Below are positions 27,739-37,382 of a stretch of DNA of 57,877 nucleotides, piece by piece; position 1 is the stretch's first letter; the number at the start of each line of letters is the position of its first letter. Both the position numbers and the translations under genes were made by a program. The stretch lies in contig JAALKB010000001.1 of the NCBI GenBank assembly GCA_011088265.1, forward strand, positions 107,576 through 165,452, in the 5' to 3' direction. Below the pieces are notes generated by a model. That model made no database searches and had not been told where the DNA came from. It was given only the letters and a program-made list of their open reading frames with translations. Source of the DNA: Gammaproteobacteria bacterium. GTDB lineage: Bacteria > Pseudomonadota > Gammaproteobacteria > Arenicellales > Poriferihabitantaceae.

Positions 27739-28869
27739 GTGGAACTTGAACATTATCAACAAATAGCCCTTTACGGATTTATCGGTGCACTTATCTTGGG
27801 TGCCATCGCAAGCCGAACTCAATTTTGTACCATGGGAGCGGTTAGTGACTGGATTAACATGGATTCACTAACTCGAATGCGTGTTTGGTTTCTCGCCATA
27901 GGAGTGGCTATTTTAGGAACTCAGGCAATGCATTTGAGCGGTATGATTGATCTTAGAGAATCGATTTATCTAAATACAAACTTCACATGGTTAGGACATA
28001 TTCTGGGAGGATTTATCTTTGGCGTCGGGATGACTATGGCATCAGGCTGCGGGCAGCGAACATTGGTCAGATTAGGCGGCGGAAACTTGAAATCGCTGGT
28101 TGTCTTTCTGGTGATGGGAATTACCGCCTATGCAACTCTAAGGGGGCTGTTCGCTCTGATTCGTTTAGAGATAAATGGACCCACAACCGTCGATCTCACC
28201 GAAACAGGCCTCACTACTCAGGGTCTTCCAGGACTTCTTGGTTACCTCACAGGCATTTCCGCTGAACTCGCAGGTTTCATTTGTGTGGTTGTCATTGCTG
28301 GAGGTGCCATCGCCTTCTCCCTTCGGGATAGTGAAGTATGGAAACAATTCGATAATCTGCTAGCGGGGATAGGCATTGGCCTAATTATAGTAGGTGCCTG
28401 GTATACAACCGGTGTATTGGGATACGATGATTTTGACCCCCTACAACTAGAAGCAGCTTCTTTTATCGCTCCAGTTGGAAATTCAATTAGCTACGTGATG
28501 ACCTATACTGGTTCAAGTATCAATTTTGGCATTGCCGTGGTTTTTGGGCTAGTTGCCGGCGCGTTCCTCTACAGCATTGTTTCCGGCACTTTTCGTTTGG
28601 AAAGCTTTAGTGACAAAAATGATTTCATCAATCACTTTATCGGCGCCATCATGATGGGGTTCGGTGGAGTACTTGGACTAGGTTGTACTATTGGACAAGG
28701 TGTTAGTGGAGTATCCACTCTCGCCATTGGCTCAATAATTACGCTAATATTCATCATTACAGGATCTGTTTTTGCATTAAAAATGCAATACTATCTGTAC
28801 GATGATCTTGGCTGGAAATATGCTTTGAAATCTACATTAAGAGATGCGATTCCACACGCAAGAGATTAA
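27739..28869 (+). CDS. yeeE: full-length YeeE/YedE-family (thiosulfate/sulfur-compound) transporter
   Basis: 376 aa with a GTG start. Multi-pass, with conserved Cys motifs FCTMGA, SGCGQR and LGCTIGQG. Directly downstream of tusA. Confidence 0.88.
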   Translation: MELEHYQQIALYGFIGALILGAIASRTQFCTMGAVSDWINMDSLTRMRVWFLAIGVAILGTQAMHLSGMIDLRESIYLNTNFTWLGHILGGFIFGVGMTMASGCGQRTLVRLGGGNLKSLVVFLVMGITAYATLRGLFALIRLEINGPTTVDLTETGLTTQGLPGLLGYLTGISAELAGFICVVVIAGGAIAFSLRDSEVWKQFDNLLAGIGIGLIIVGAWYTTGVLGYDDFDPLQLEAASFIAPVGNSISYVMTYTGSSINFGIAVVFGLVAGAFLYSIVSGTFRLESFSDKNDFINHFIGAIMMGFGGVLGLGCTIGQGVSGVSTLAIGSIITLIFIITGSVFALKMQYYLYDDLGWKYALKSTLRDAIPHARD

Positions 28870-28902
28870 CCAGGGAAAACCCATGCCAGGAAATCGTACA
28901 CC

Positions 28903-28944
28903 AGGAAAACCCCGCCATAGGAAAACCCCACCATAGGAAAACAT
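28903..28944. repeat. tandem repeat, 16 bp x about 2.6
   Basis: aggaaaaccccgccat / aggaaaaccccaccat / aggaaaacat. Related ccagg(g)aaaaccc copies occur from 28870. Confidence 0.9.
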
Positions 28945-28970
28945 AGACCAGGCTTCCCAGATGATACCCA

Positions 28971-29867
28971 ATGTCCCTTGTCAATATTGAGTTTACGCTG
29001 TTTTCTGCTTTCTATTCTCCGCTCATCCTTACCATGGGCGGAGGGTTTCTGAAACAGGAGGGACTTGAATATACCTGGACCGTTTCGCCCCCAGGGAAAT
29101 CAGCTATCCAGGGAATCATTGACGGTACCGCTGACGTTATTCAATCAGCTCCGAGCCAAGGGTTTAACCCGCAACATTCCACCATAGGAAGTGCCCAGCC
29201 GGAAATTCGCCACTTTGCACAAATTAACGAAATGGATGGCTTTTTTATTAGTGGCCGAAAAGCGGATCCGGATTTCCAATGGAAAAAGCTCGAAGGAGCA
29301 GAAGTCGTCATGTTTAAAGGCGGTCAACCAAACGTCATGTTCCGCTATGCCTGCCACAAAGCAGGCATAGATTATGATAGCATTATTCCGATCACGCCCG
29401 GCGGACCAAAAGCAATAGACGATGCATTTAGAAATGGAGAAGGGCAGTACGTCCAACAACAAGGACCTTTTCCCCAACAACTGGAAGCCAACAACATGGC
29501 CTCTATTTTATCCATGTCGGGACCATTGGTTGGAGAGTGTGCGTTCTCCAGTCTAGCTGCATCGAAACAATGGTTGGAAACTGACGAGGCAGAAGCATTT
29601 TGCCAGGCTTATCGCAAGGCACGAGAGTTTATTAATTATGCAGAGGCTAAAGAAATAGCAGAAATTCAACTACCATTCTTTCCACAAACCACCCTTGACA
29701 TCCTGGAATCCTGCATAAAATCCTACCAGAAATTAGGTTGTTGGACCTCTCATATTGAAATTACAAAACAGGCATTCGACGCTACTCAGGATATTTACAT
29801 ACGTATGGGATCACTTTCCGAAAAAATTCCATATTATAAAGTCTGCTCTCTTCCCCCAGAATCCTGA
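28971..29867 (+). CDS. hypothetical protein, possibly an NMT1/THI5 (SsuA/TauA-like) binding fold without a signal peptide
   Basis: 298-aa ORF with coding-like composition. The family assignment is tentative and rests only on overall resemblance. Confidence 0.5.
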   Translation: MSLVNIEFTLFSAFYSPLILTMGGGFLKQEGLEYTWTVSPPGKSAIQGIIDGTADVIQSAPSQGFNPQHSTIGSAQPEIRHFAQINEMDGFFISGRKADPDFQWKKLEGAEVVMFKGGQPNVMFRYACHKAGIDYDSIIPITPGGPKAIDDAFRNGEGQYVQQQGPFPQQLEANNMASILSMSGPLVGECAFSSLAASKQWLETDEAEAFCQAYRKAREFINYAEAKEIAEIQLPFFPQTTLDILESCIKSYQKLGCWTSHIEITKQAFDATQDIYIRMGSLSEKIPYYKVCSLPPES

Positions 29868-30037
29868 TCAACAGAGACGACTGCAAGAGGGACAGTCACG
29901 AAGTAATTGGCCCATTAACAGACAGAATTACCATCAGGTTGAATCAGACCTGGTCATTATCATTGATGCTATTTATTCCACGACAGGATAATCGCGATAG
30001 AATAATATGGAGATAGGATCAACTATCGATTATCAAC

Positions 30038-31024
30038 TTACGAAAAACGAAGGGCATCCTTATTATCGCAATACCACTTATAGGTATCCATCAGCCCTTC
30101 TTCCAACTCAATATCGTGCCGCCATCCAAGTCGATGTAACGTATCCATGTTAAGATATTTACGCATCGTTCCGTCTGGTTTGCTCGTATCAAAATCAATA
30201 TTCCCGCGATAGCCCGTCACTTTAGCCATGGTCTCGGCGAGCTCTCTGATTGAAAGATCTTCACCAGTACCGACATTGAGATGGGATCGGAATAACGTGG
30301 TGTTTTGTTCCAATTCAGCTTTATCTATATTCATTACGTGCACACAGGCTCGTGCTAAATCATCTACATGAAGAAACTCTCGACACGCCGCGCCGGTCCC
30401 CCAGACAGTTACGTTTGCTAATCCCCTGATTTTCGCTTCATGAAACCGGCCCATTAAGGCAGGAATAACGTGACTGTTTTCCGGGTGAAAATTGTCATTT
30501 GGACCATATAGATTGGTCGGCATTACGGACCTAAAGTCTGTTCCATATTGACGGTTATATGACTCACACAGCTTTATACCGGCTATCTTCGCTATAGCAT
30601 AGGGCTCATTTGTTGGTTCCAGTTTTCCCGTAAGTAGAGCAGATTCATCCATTGGTTGATCAGCGAGCTTCGGATAAATGCATGAAGAGCCCAAAAACAA
30701 CACCCGCTCTACCTGCCTAAGATATGACTGATGGATCAGATTCGTCTCTATCATTAGATTTTGATAGATAAAGTCGGCGGGAAAAGTATCGTTTGCATGA
30801 ATGCCCCCAACCTTCGCCGCACAAATGTAGACCTGATCAACCCGTGCATCCCCCATAAACTGCTCAACCTGGGATTGGCTTGTCAAATCCAGCTCCGCCC
30901 TCGAACGGGTCAATACCGTATGATATCCGTCACTTTCAAGCCGTCTTTTCACCGCTGCACCAACCATACCATTGTGGCCTGCGACGAAAATACGTTTGGA
31001 TTTTACCTGAGAACTATTTTGCAT
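30038..31024 (-). CDS. fcl: GDP-L-fucose synthase
   Basis: [13 protein letters not shown] Rossmann motif and NLYGPNDNF. Start chosen at the Met preceded by AGGA; the ORF extends to 31054. Confidence 0.9.
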   Translation of the reverse strand: MQNSSQVKSKRIFVAGHNGMVGAAVKRRLESDGYHTVLTRSRAELDLTSQSQVEQFMGDARVDQVYICAAKVGGIHANDTFPADFIYQNLMIETNLIHQSYLRQVERVLFLGSSCIYPKLADQPMDESALLTGKLEPTNEPYAIAKIAGIKLCESYNRQYGTDFRSVMPTNLYGPNDNFHPENSHVIPALMGRFHEAKIRGLANVTVWGTGAACREFLHVDDLARACVHVMNIDKAELEQNTTLFRSHLNVGTGEDLSIRELAETMAKVTGYRGNIDFDTSKPDGTMRKYLNMDTLHRLGWRHDIELEEGLMDTYKWYCDNKDALRFS

Positions 31025-31077
31025 TTTTCCTGTTTTTTCTTCTTCATCGAACAATAATGAACAATGGACCCATTTTC

Positions 31078-32190
31078 TCAGTGGTATTGCACACCCGCTT
31101 TTTTGGCCCGCTTCAATGTCAGTTTCGCATAGATTAGTTGTATAACCAAGAATGGGATAAAAACGAAAAGTCGTTCATTGCCCGGAATATTAACAATCCA
31201 TAGCGCTCCTAATCCCTGAAGAAAAGCCATACAGCTGAGTAGCAACGTTACCTCCAAATGGGTATAACCGCTACGCACCAACAACTGGTAAAGATGGGAG
31301 CGATGAGCCTGTAGTGCTTTCTCTTTATTGAGCAGACGACGAAAGAAGGTAAATAACGTATCGAAAATGAAATGGAACAATAACATGGGCATCACCAGGA
31401 AAGACGTATGGGATGCATCGTACCGCGCTGCAATGATTGCCAAAGTTGCAAAAACAAAACCAAGAAAAGCGCTACCGACATCTCCCATGAATATTTTTGC
31501 GGGAGGGGCGTTATAAATGAGAAAACCGACAGCACCTGCGATGATGGTATAACAGGAAATATATACAAAAGTACTGCCCGCATAATAGCTAATAATCATG
31601 AAAAACAACGCCGAAATCACAGCGGTGCTCGCCACTAAACCATCGATTCCATCCATGAAGTTATATGCATTAGTCAGCCCCAAAATCCAAAAAAAGGAAA
31701 CCACGTAACCTATCCAACCAAGAGGCAGTTGATCCGCCCAGGGCATCGACAAGGTATCGATGACAATTCCGCAGTAAAGCACGACAACAACAGCAACTAC
31801 ATGGGTAATCAGTTTAAAAACCGCTGTTTTTTCTGAGAAGTCATCTAAAAATGAAATGATGGCGATCAAAATAGAAGAACTCACAAATCCAATCATATAT
31901 TTTTGTTGAGCACTCCCACTTTCGGCAAATAAGGCTATCGCCACCATGCCAATCAAAAAGGTCGCAACGATAGAAATACCACCACTTTTAGGGATGGCAC
32001 TTTTGTGGGAAGATCGGTGATTTGGATGATCGAGAATCCGGACAAATTTTAACATTCCCCATGTGATCAATGTCGCGACAATGGTCAGTGCCAAGCCGAA
32101 AAGGATATGAAAATATAGTTCCGAAACTGCCACTAGTTTTCCGTTAAATGAGCTCGTGATGGAGTTTGAGCGATCTTTGTTCTCAATCAC
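31078..32190 (-). CDS. glycosyltransferase family 4 polyprenyl-phosphate sugar-1-phosphate transferase (WecA/WbpL-like)
   Basis: 370 aa and multi-pass. [12 protein letters not shown] motif. Confidence 0.85.
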   Translation of the reverse strand: MIENKDRSNSITSSFNGKLVAVSELYFHILFGLALTIVATLITWGMLKFVRILDHPNHRSSHKSAIPKSGGISIVATFLIGMVAIALFAESGSAQQKYMIGFVSSSILIAIISFLDDFSEKTAVFKLITHVVAVVVVLYCGIVIDTLSMPWADQLPLGWIGYVVSFFWILGLTNAYNFMDGIDGLVASTAVISALFFMIISYYAGSTFVYISCYTIIAGAVGFLIYNAPPAKIFMGDVGSAFLGFVFATLAIIAARYDASHTSFLVMPMLLFHFIFDTLFTFFRRLLNKEKALQAHRSHLYQLLVRSGYTHLEVTLLLSCMAFLQGLGALWIVNIPGNERLFVFIPFLVIQLIYAKLTLKRAKKAGVQYH

Positions 32191-32287
32191 ACAAACGATA
32201 AGAGTGGTTTAAGCCAGGAAAGCGTTCTCCAACCTAAACGCTAATCTGCGTATAACGACAATTGGTAAATATAAAAATCAACCAGGT

Positions 32288-34147
32288 TCAAACGTCGGGA
32301 TTATAAGTCTCAACCATTTCAAAAAGAAGCTTCTTGATCCGCTCTTCATCGTTCGCCTCAATACTTTCCTGTAAGTCTTCGAGGCATTTTTCAAGATAAA
32401 CCAGATTTGGAGCTCGCTCCACTTCCCTCATTATTCTTGGGTGAAAAGTCGGCACCGAAGATTCTGAAATAAGTAACTCCTCAAACAGTTTTTCTCCATC
32501 CCTCAGTCCTAAAAATTCAATCTCGATCCCGTTTTCTGGATAATCATTTTCCTTGATATCCAGCCCGCTGAGTCGGATCATTTTTTTTGCGAGATTAACG
32601 ATAGAAACCGGTTCCCCCATGTCTAGCACAAAAACATCACCGCCCTCTCCCATCGCTCCGGCCTGTAGCACTAGTTGAGTGGCCTCCTTAATGGTCATAA
32701 AATATCGAATAATTTCTGGATGTGTCACAGTGACCGGCCCACCTCTCTGAATTTGATCTCTAAAAAGTGGCACCACGGAACCAGACGAATCCAATACGTT
32801 ACCAAAACGAACCATGGTAAAACGGGTTTTCATTTGTGGTCTTTGGCTAAGATCCTGTAAAAGCAATTCGGCCAATCGTTTCGTGGCACCCATAATATTC
32901 GCAGGTCGTACCGCCTTGTCCGTAGACACCAGGACGAAAGTAGTTACTGATGCATCTATCGCCGCCAAGGCACAGTTTCTTGTGCCCATCACATTATTTA
33001 CTGCGCCAATAAGCGGGTTCTTTTCTACTAGAGGGACATGCTTATAGGCCGCCGCATGATAAATAGTTTGCACCCCATAATAACGACAGAGGTAACTCAA
33101 ACGATTTTTATCCAATACAGACCCCAAAGAAATCTCTGCATGGAAGTCCTGTTCCACAAGCTCTCGTTCCAATTGATACAAATTGAACTCACTGTGGTCG
33201 AATAGCACCAGTCGCTTTGGGTTTAATTGGCTGATTTGCCTTGAGAGTTCTGAACCAATAGAACCACCGGCGCCAGTGACCATCACCACTTTTCCGGTAA
33301 TATCGGCATGCAAAAGGCCGTCTATTGGTGCAACCGCATCTCGATCAAGAAGGTCAGAGATATCGATACCTCTAATATCTCTAATATCTACCTCACAGCT
33401 TTCCAGTTCAGAAATATCCGGCAGGGTGTGAATAGGAACCGGGTAGGGCTCCAAACTGGCCAGTATTTCATGTCGACGATGCTGGCTTGCTGACGGCATA
33501 GCCAACAAGATGTCCTGAACATCAAACTTATCAATCAATTGACCAGTTTCATCCGGATGATAAACATGCAGGCCGTTAACCTGTTGGTTTTTTAACGTAA
33601 ACTGATCGTCAAGAAACGCGACTGGTCTCATTTCCCGACTATACGACATTGAAATTGCGAGCTGCATGCCAGCTGCACCCGCACCGTAAATCAGAACATT
33701 TTTCCGGTTGTCGGGCTCCATGCCTAATATTCCGGGGACTCTCACTGTCAACAACCATCTGGCCATCATTCTTGCGCCACCCACCAACAACAAACAGGTC
33801 AACCAATTGATCATGACCACGGATCTAGGCACTATCTGAATTCCGGACAAAAACGCACAGACCCCCCAAATCAGGGAATAAAGACTAATCGCCTGGAAAA
33901 CCTTCCACAGAGAGACAAATCCAATGTATCGGATGATTGTTTGATAAAGGCTAAAGTAGAGAAAAACCGGGATCGCAAGCACCGGAGCCATCACCCAAAG
34001 CCATATTTCGTCACCGCTTGGGTCATAGGCCTCTCCATATCTCAACGAGAATGCCACCCACAACGCAACTATCACCAATAGAGTATCAACTAACAGTATT
34101 AGTACCTGTTTGTGGCGCCGTCGGATAGACAAAACATAATTGATCAT
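32288..34147 (-). CDS. membrane-anchored nucleotide-sugar 4,6-dehydratase/epimerase (CapD/WbpM/PglF family)
   Basis: 619 aa. Four N-terminal transmembrane segments, then VTGAGGSIGSEL and the rest of a CapD-type core. Confidence 0.9.
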   Translation of the reverse strand: MINYVLSIRRRHKQVLILLVDTLLVIVALWVAFSLRYGEAYDPSGDEIWLWVMAPVLAIPVFLYFSLYQTIIRYIGFVSLWKVFQAISLYSLIWGVCAFLSGIQIVPRSVVMINWLTCLLLVGGARMMARWLLTVRVPGILGMEPDNRKNVLIYGAGAAGMQLAISMSYSREMRPVAFLDDQFTLKNQQVNGLHVYHPDETGQLIDKFDVQDILLAMPSASQHRRHEILASLEPYPVPIHTLPDISELESCEVDIRDIRGIDISDLLDRDAVAPIDGLLHADITGKVVMVTGAGGSIGSELSRQISQLNPKRLVLFDHSEFNLYQLERELVEQDFHAEISLGSVLDKNRLSYLCRYYGVQTIYHAAAYKHVPLVEKNPLIGAVNNVMGTRNCALAAIDASVTTFVLVSTDKAVRPANIMGATKRLAELLLQDLSQRPQMKTRFTMVRFGNVLDSSGSVVPLFRDQIQRGGPVTVTHPEIIRYFMTIKEATQLVLQAGAMGEGGDVFVLDMGEPVSIVNLAKKMIRLSGLDIKENDYPENGIEIEFLGLRDGEKLFEELLISESSVPTFHPRIMREVERAPNLVYLEKCLEDLQESIEANDEERIKKLLFEMVETYNPDV

Positions 34148-34270
34148 GGCTAAAAATCGCCTAATGTCAAAGCTGAAAAGTAATGGACCGACATGTCGGA
34201 GCCATTAGTCATGGATGATATTCGTAGAAAAGCAGTCTGGAATCTGAGGCATGTTGTCCAGGAAAGTATA

Positions 34271-34948
34271 TCAGGGGTAAATAATGCTGCGTTTCGTCAA
34301 TAGAGCGACCACCTTCCCAACACAATCATCCAGTGTCATCTGATCTGTATCCACGACCAGATCTGCATTATCTGGTTCTTCATAGGGAGAAGATATGCCA
34401 GTAAAGTTTGATATTTCTCCTTTACGCGCCCGTTTATATAACCCTTTGACATCACGATTTTCACATACGTCCAAGGGACAACGACAATAAACTTCGATAA
34501 AATCGTTTTCATTCTCCACCATCATGCGAACGCGCTGTCGATCAACATTAAAAGGTGAAATAAATGCGGTTAATGCCAATACTCCAGCATCCACAAACAA
34601 ACGGGACATCTGGCCTATACGCCGAATGTTCTCCGTTCTGTCTTCCTCGGTAAACCCAAGATCACCACATAGTCCATGCCGCACATTGTCACCATCGAAT
34701 ACAAAAGTATGGCAGCCGACCTCATACAGTTCCTGTTCCACCGCATGGGCTAGCGTAGACTTCCCACTACCCGACAAGCCGGTGAACCAAATAATAGCAC
34801 TACGGTGTCCATTTAGAGTCTCTCGCTGGGTTCGGGATATCGAAGCCTGATGCCAAACGGTATTTTCCGACTTTTGAGGTGTTTTCAGATTTTCAATCAT
34901 GGTCGGATTATACATTCTATCGCTATAGTCAGAGTCTTTACATTCCAT
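34271..34948 (-). CDS. cysC: adenylyl-sulfate (APS) kinase
   Basis: WFTGLSGSGKST P-loop and DGDNVRHGL. The start is ambiguous (Met1, Met12 or Met17). Confidence 0.92.
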   Translation of the reverse strand: MECKDSDYSDRMYNPTMIENLKTPQKSENTVWHQASISRTQRETLNGHRSAIIWFTGLSGSGKSTLAHAVEQELYEVGCHTFVFDGDNVRHGLCGDLGFTEEDRTENIRRIGQMSRLFVDAGVLALTAFISPFNVDRQRVRMMVENENDFIEVYCRCPLDVCENRDVKGLYKRARKGEISNFTGISSPYEEPDNADLVVDTDQMTLDDCVGKVVALLTKRSIIYP

Positions 34949-34958
34949 CTCTTAAAAA

Positions 34959-35609
34959 CTATTTCAGATCGACGGACATCTCCTCCAACTTTCTCATCTG
35001 ATTATTGAATTCCATTGTGCGATCCGTGGTTTTTCGCTGAATTTCTTCGCCCTGAATACTGTAATAAAGCAAAAATACCCCTAGACATCCAAGCAGAAGA
35101 ACTATTCTTGTTTTTGATTGCCCGTAAACGATCTCCGTTGCATGTGCTATCAACCAGATCCACCACACGACACAGATTGCCAAGCCAACATAGGGAATAA
35201 ATATCCCTATGGCCAAAATAGGTAAAATCACACAGGTATAGGCCACACACCGGTAAGCCACTTCAAATTTTTTATCGGCACCCAGGACACGCCACACCCC
35301 ATACATAAACCCAGCTAGAACAAAACTCCCTCCTACGCCGAGTAATGGATAGAACAAAGTATGCCAAAATGGGGATAACCCTAATCTAAAACCACCCAAC
35401 CCCAAACTAGTCAGTCCGAAAAACTGGATGGCCACCACAAACACGGTACCTAAAACGGACATCACCCCGACAAAAATCAGTGGATCGGTATAGCCTCCAG
35501 TTACAGGCATAAACGAATACAGTTTTTTCGGATTTGACAATAAGAGGCGGGATATTCCAAATACTGGACGGATATCCGACAACAATGATAACAATCTGCT
35601 CATCAACAT
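34959..35609 (-). CDS. multi-pass membrane protein (Yip1-like?)
   Basis: 216 aa with five or so hydrophobic segments. The family call is tentative. Confidence 0.55.
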   Translation of the reverse strand: MLMSRLLSLLSDIRPVFGISRLLLSNPKKLYSFMPVTGGYTDPLIFVGVMSVLGTVFVVAIQFFGLTSLGLGGFRLGLSPFWHTLFYPLLGVGGSFVLAGFMYGVWRVLGADKKFEVAYRCVAYTCVILPILAIGIFIPYVGLAICVVWWIWLIAHATEIVYGQSKTRIVLLLGCLGVFLLYYSIQGEEIQRKTTDRTMEFNNQMRKLEEMSVDLK

Positions 35610-35837
35610 ACTTTGCTTACAATTCCAACAAAGAACAATTTGGTAATAGGAAGTTGGGGAAAGTTGGGATGACTCACCATTTTATTTTCAACTTTATGCT
35701 GAAACTCAACAATCGCTTGGGTTACCGAAGACTCATCCACCTTATTCAGAATAAGGTGGTCATACACTTCGGGATAATTCCATTTTTCCATCCCTGGACT
35801 ATCGGCATAAACAATCTAATGGTCAATGGCCAAATGT

Positions 35838-37382
35838 TCAATGCTTAGAGGTTGACCGACGATAGTGACCTTGAATAATGCGATCAATCACCATGGCACA
35901 AAACAGAATGGCCAAACCAGCCAGCATACCCTGCCCTTTCGCTGCATATTGTAATGCTTCAAGCACATCTTTTCCCAAACCGTCCGCCCCAATTAAAGAA
36001 GCGATAACAACCATGGAGAGGCACATCAGAATTGTCTGGTTAATTCCAGTCATGATAGACGGCATCGCCAGTGGGATTTCAACATCCTTGAGCAGAGTCC
36101 ATTTCGTACAACCAAATGCGATGGCCGCCTCTTTTGTGTTTTCAGGCACTCCCCTCATACCCAAGGCAGTTAGTCTAATAACAGGGGGCATACCAAAAAT
36201 TATTGTAGCCAGTACACCGGGAGGCTTACCTGTACCAAAGAAAGCAATAATCGGGATTAAATAGACGAATGCTGGCATTGTTTGCATAAAATCGAGCACA
36301 GGTAGCGCAGTATTATAGGCTCGCTGGCTTTTACCAAACCAAATTCCTAAAGGAATACCCATTAACACGCATAAAAATGCAGCTGCCCCAAGCAAAGCAA
36401 CCGTAATCATACTTGTTTCCCACAGACCGACCATACCCAAATAAGCCAGGGCTGTGGCCGTAAATACGGCAACCCGGGGCCCGGCTAAGCGCCATGCTGT
36501 CACAAGAATTACCGTAAATACCACTGGCCATGGCGTACCAACGAAAACGGTTTCCAAACCATCGAGTATTGATCTGATCACAACTACCACAGTGTCAAAA
36601 ACATCGCCGAACTCATTGGACAACCAGTCAAAACCCTCCTCCATCCATCTGGAGATAGGTGAAAAGTACTGTTTCTTCTCAATCGGAAAGTCTAGAACCC
36701 AGGGCTCTAACGATTTAGCGATTTTACCAACCGTAAACCGATAGATTGTCAGCGGTACAATGGCAAGCCAAAGCACTACACCGAAACTAATCCATTTCCA
36801 GCTCAATCCCGAAGGAACTGAGGCATCCGCACGCCATTCCAGATATTGTTTTTCATAGCGCATATTGGCGTAAAACCCCTGTACCAACCTCAGAGCAACC
36901 AGCAATACCAAGCCAAGAACCAAATAAAAAGTAGCGTCCGCAGCAGCAGCCGCGGCTTCATCTATCAACCTCGCCACGACTTTTTTCAAGTTGTCTGCTC
37001 GAGTGGTAATACTTTCCACTGCGGCCAGATCATTGGCCAATCTCGCCGCTTCCGCTTTTTCATAAAGCCCTTCATATTTTCCTGTCAGGCGCTCCGCTCT
37101 CGACAATTTATCCGCGCCCAATTCTCCCCACAATCCTTTGCCAATTTGAACAAAGGCAAGAATTTCCAATACCATAAAAGTCCAGAAATATCCCCAAATA
37201 CCCCGCCCTGCCGCCCAGAAAGGTCCCACCAATGCGGCCATTTTGTTCCATGACCACGGAAATCTCGTTGCGGCCTGGATTTTGTCAAACTCCCGGTTGT
37301 AGTACTCCTTGTTTTCAACCACAAAGTCCCCAACGGAGGCACCCAATTTATTGGGCTCTGCTGAAAAGCCTGTTTCTTGCAT
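35838..37382 (-). CDS. proW: glycine-betaine-type ABC permease (ProW/OpuAB) with a roughly 290-aa N-terminal extension
   Basis: The C-terminal 220 aa carry the BPD permease core (EAA-like loop AIAFGCTKWTLLKDVEIP). The start codon overlaps the proV stop. Confidence 0.88.
   Translation of the reverse strand: MQETGFSAEPNKLGASVGDFVVENKEYYNREFDKIQAATRFPWSWNKMAALVGPFWAAGRGIWGYFWTFMVLEILAFVQIGKGLWGELGADKLSRAERLTGKYEGLYEKAEAARLANDLAAVESITTRADNLKKVVARLIDEAAAAAADATFYLVLGLVLLVALRLVQGFYANMRYEKQYLEWRADASVPSGLSWKWISFGVVLWLAIVPLTIYRFTVGKIAKSLEPWVLDFPIEKKQYFSPISRWMEEGFDWLSNEFGDVFDTVVVVIRSILDGLETVFVGTPWPVVFTVILVTAWRLAGPRVAVFTATALAYLGMVGLWETSMITVALLGAAAFLCVLMGIPLGIWFGKSQRAYNTALPVLDFMQTMPAFVYLIPIIAFFGTGKPPGVLATIIFGMPPVIRLTALGMRGVPENTKEAAIAFGCTKWTLLKDVEIPLAMPSIMTGINQTILMCLSMVVIASLIGADGLGKDVLEALQYAAKGQGMLAGLAILFCAMVIDRIIQGHYRRSTSKH

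Noticed and set aside
35603-35791. 62-aa minus-strand ORF between proW and the Yip1-like gene
   Set aside because: It has no usable RBS (AGGG abuts the ATG). It contains a 9-bp-stem hairpin (CCACCTTAT-tcaga-ATAAGGTGG, 35739-35761) that is more likely the proW 3' structure. It also contains a short tandem duplication (35650-35668) of the kind otherwise seen only in non-coding DNA. I kept it as unresolved rather than annotating it.
36846-37253. 135-aa plus-strand ORF, and other 60-130-aa ORFs, antisense to proW/proV/proX (35878-36264, 36454-36744, 38932-39342, 39463-39897)
   Set aside because: All are embedded in confidently identified transporter genes on the opposite strand. Their compositions are not protein-like.
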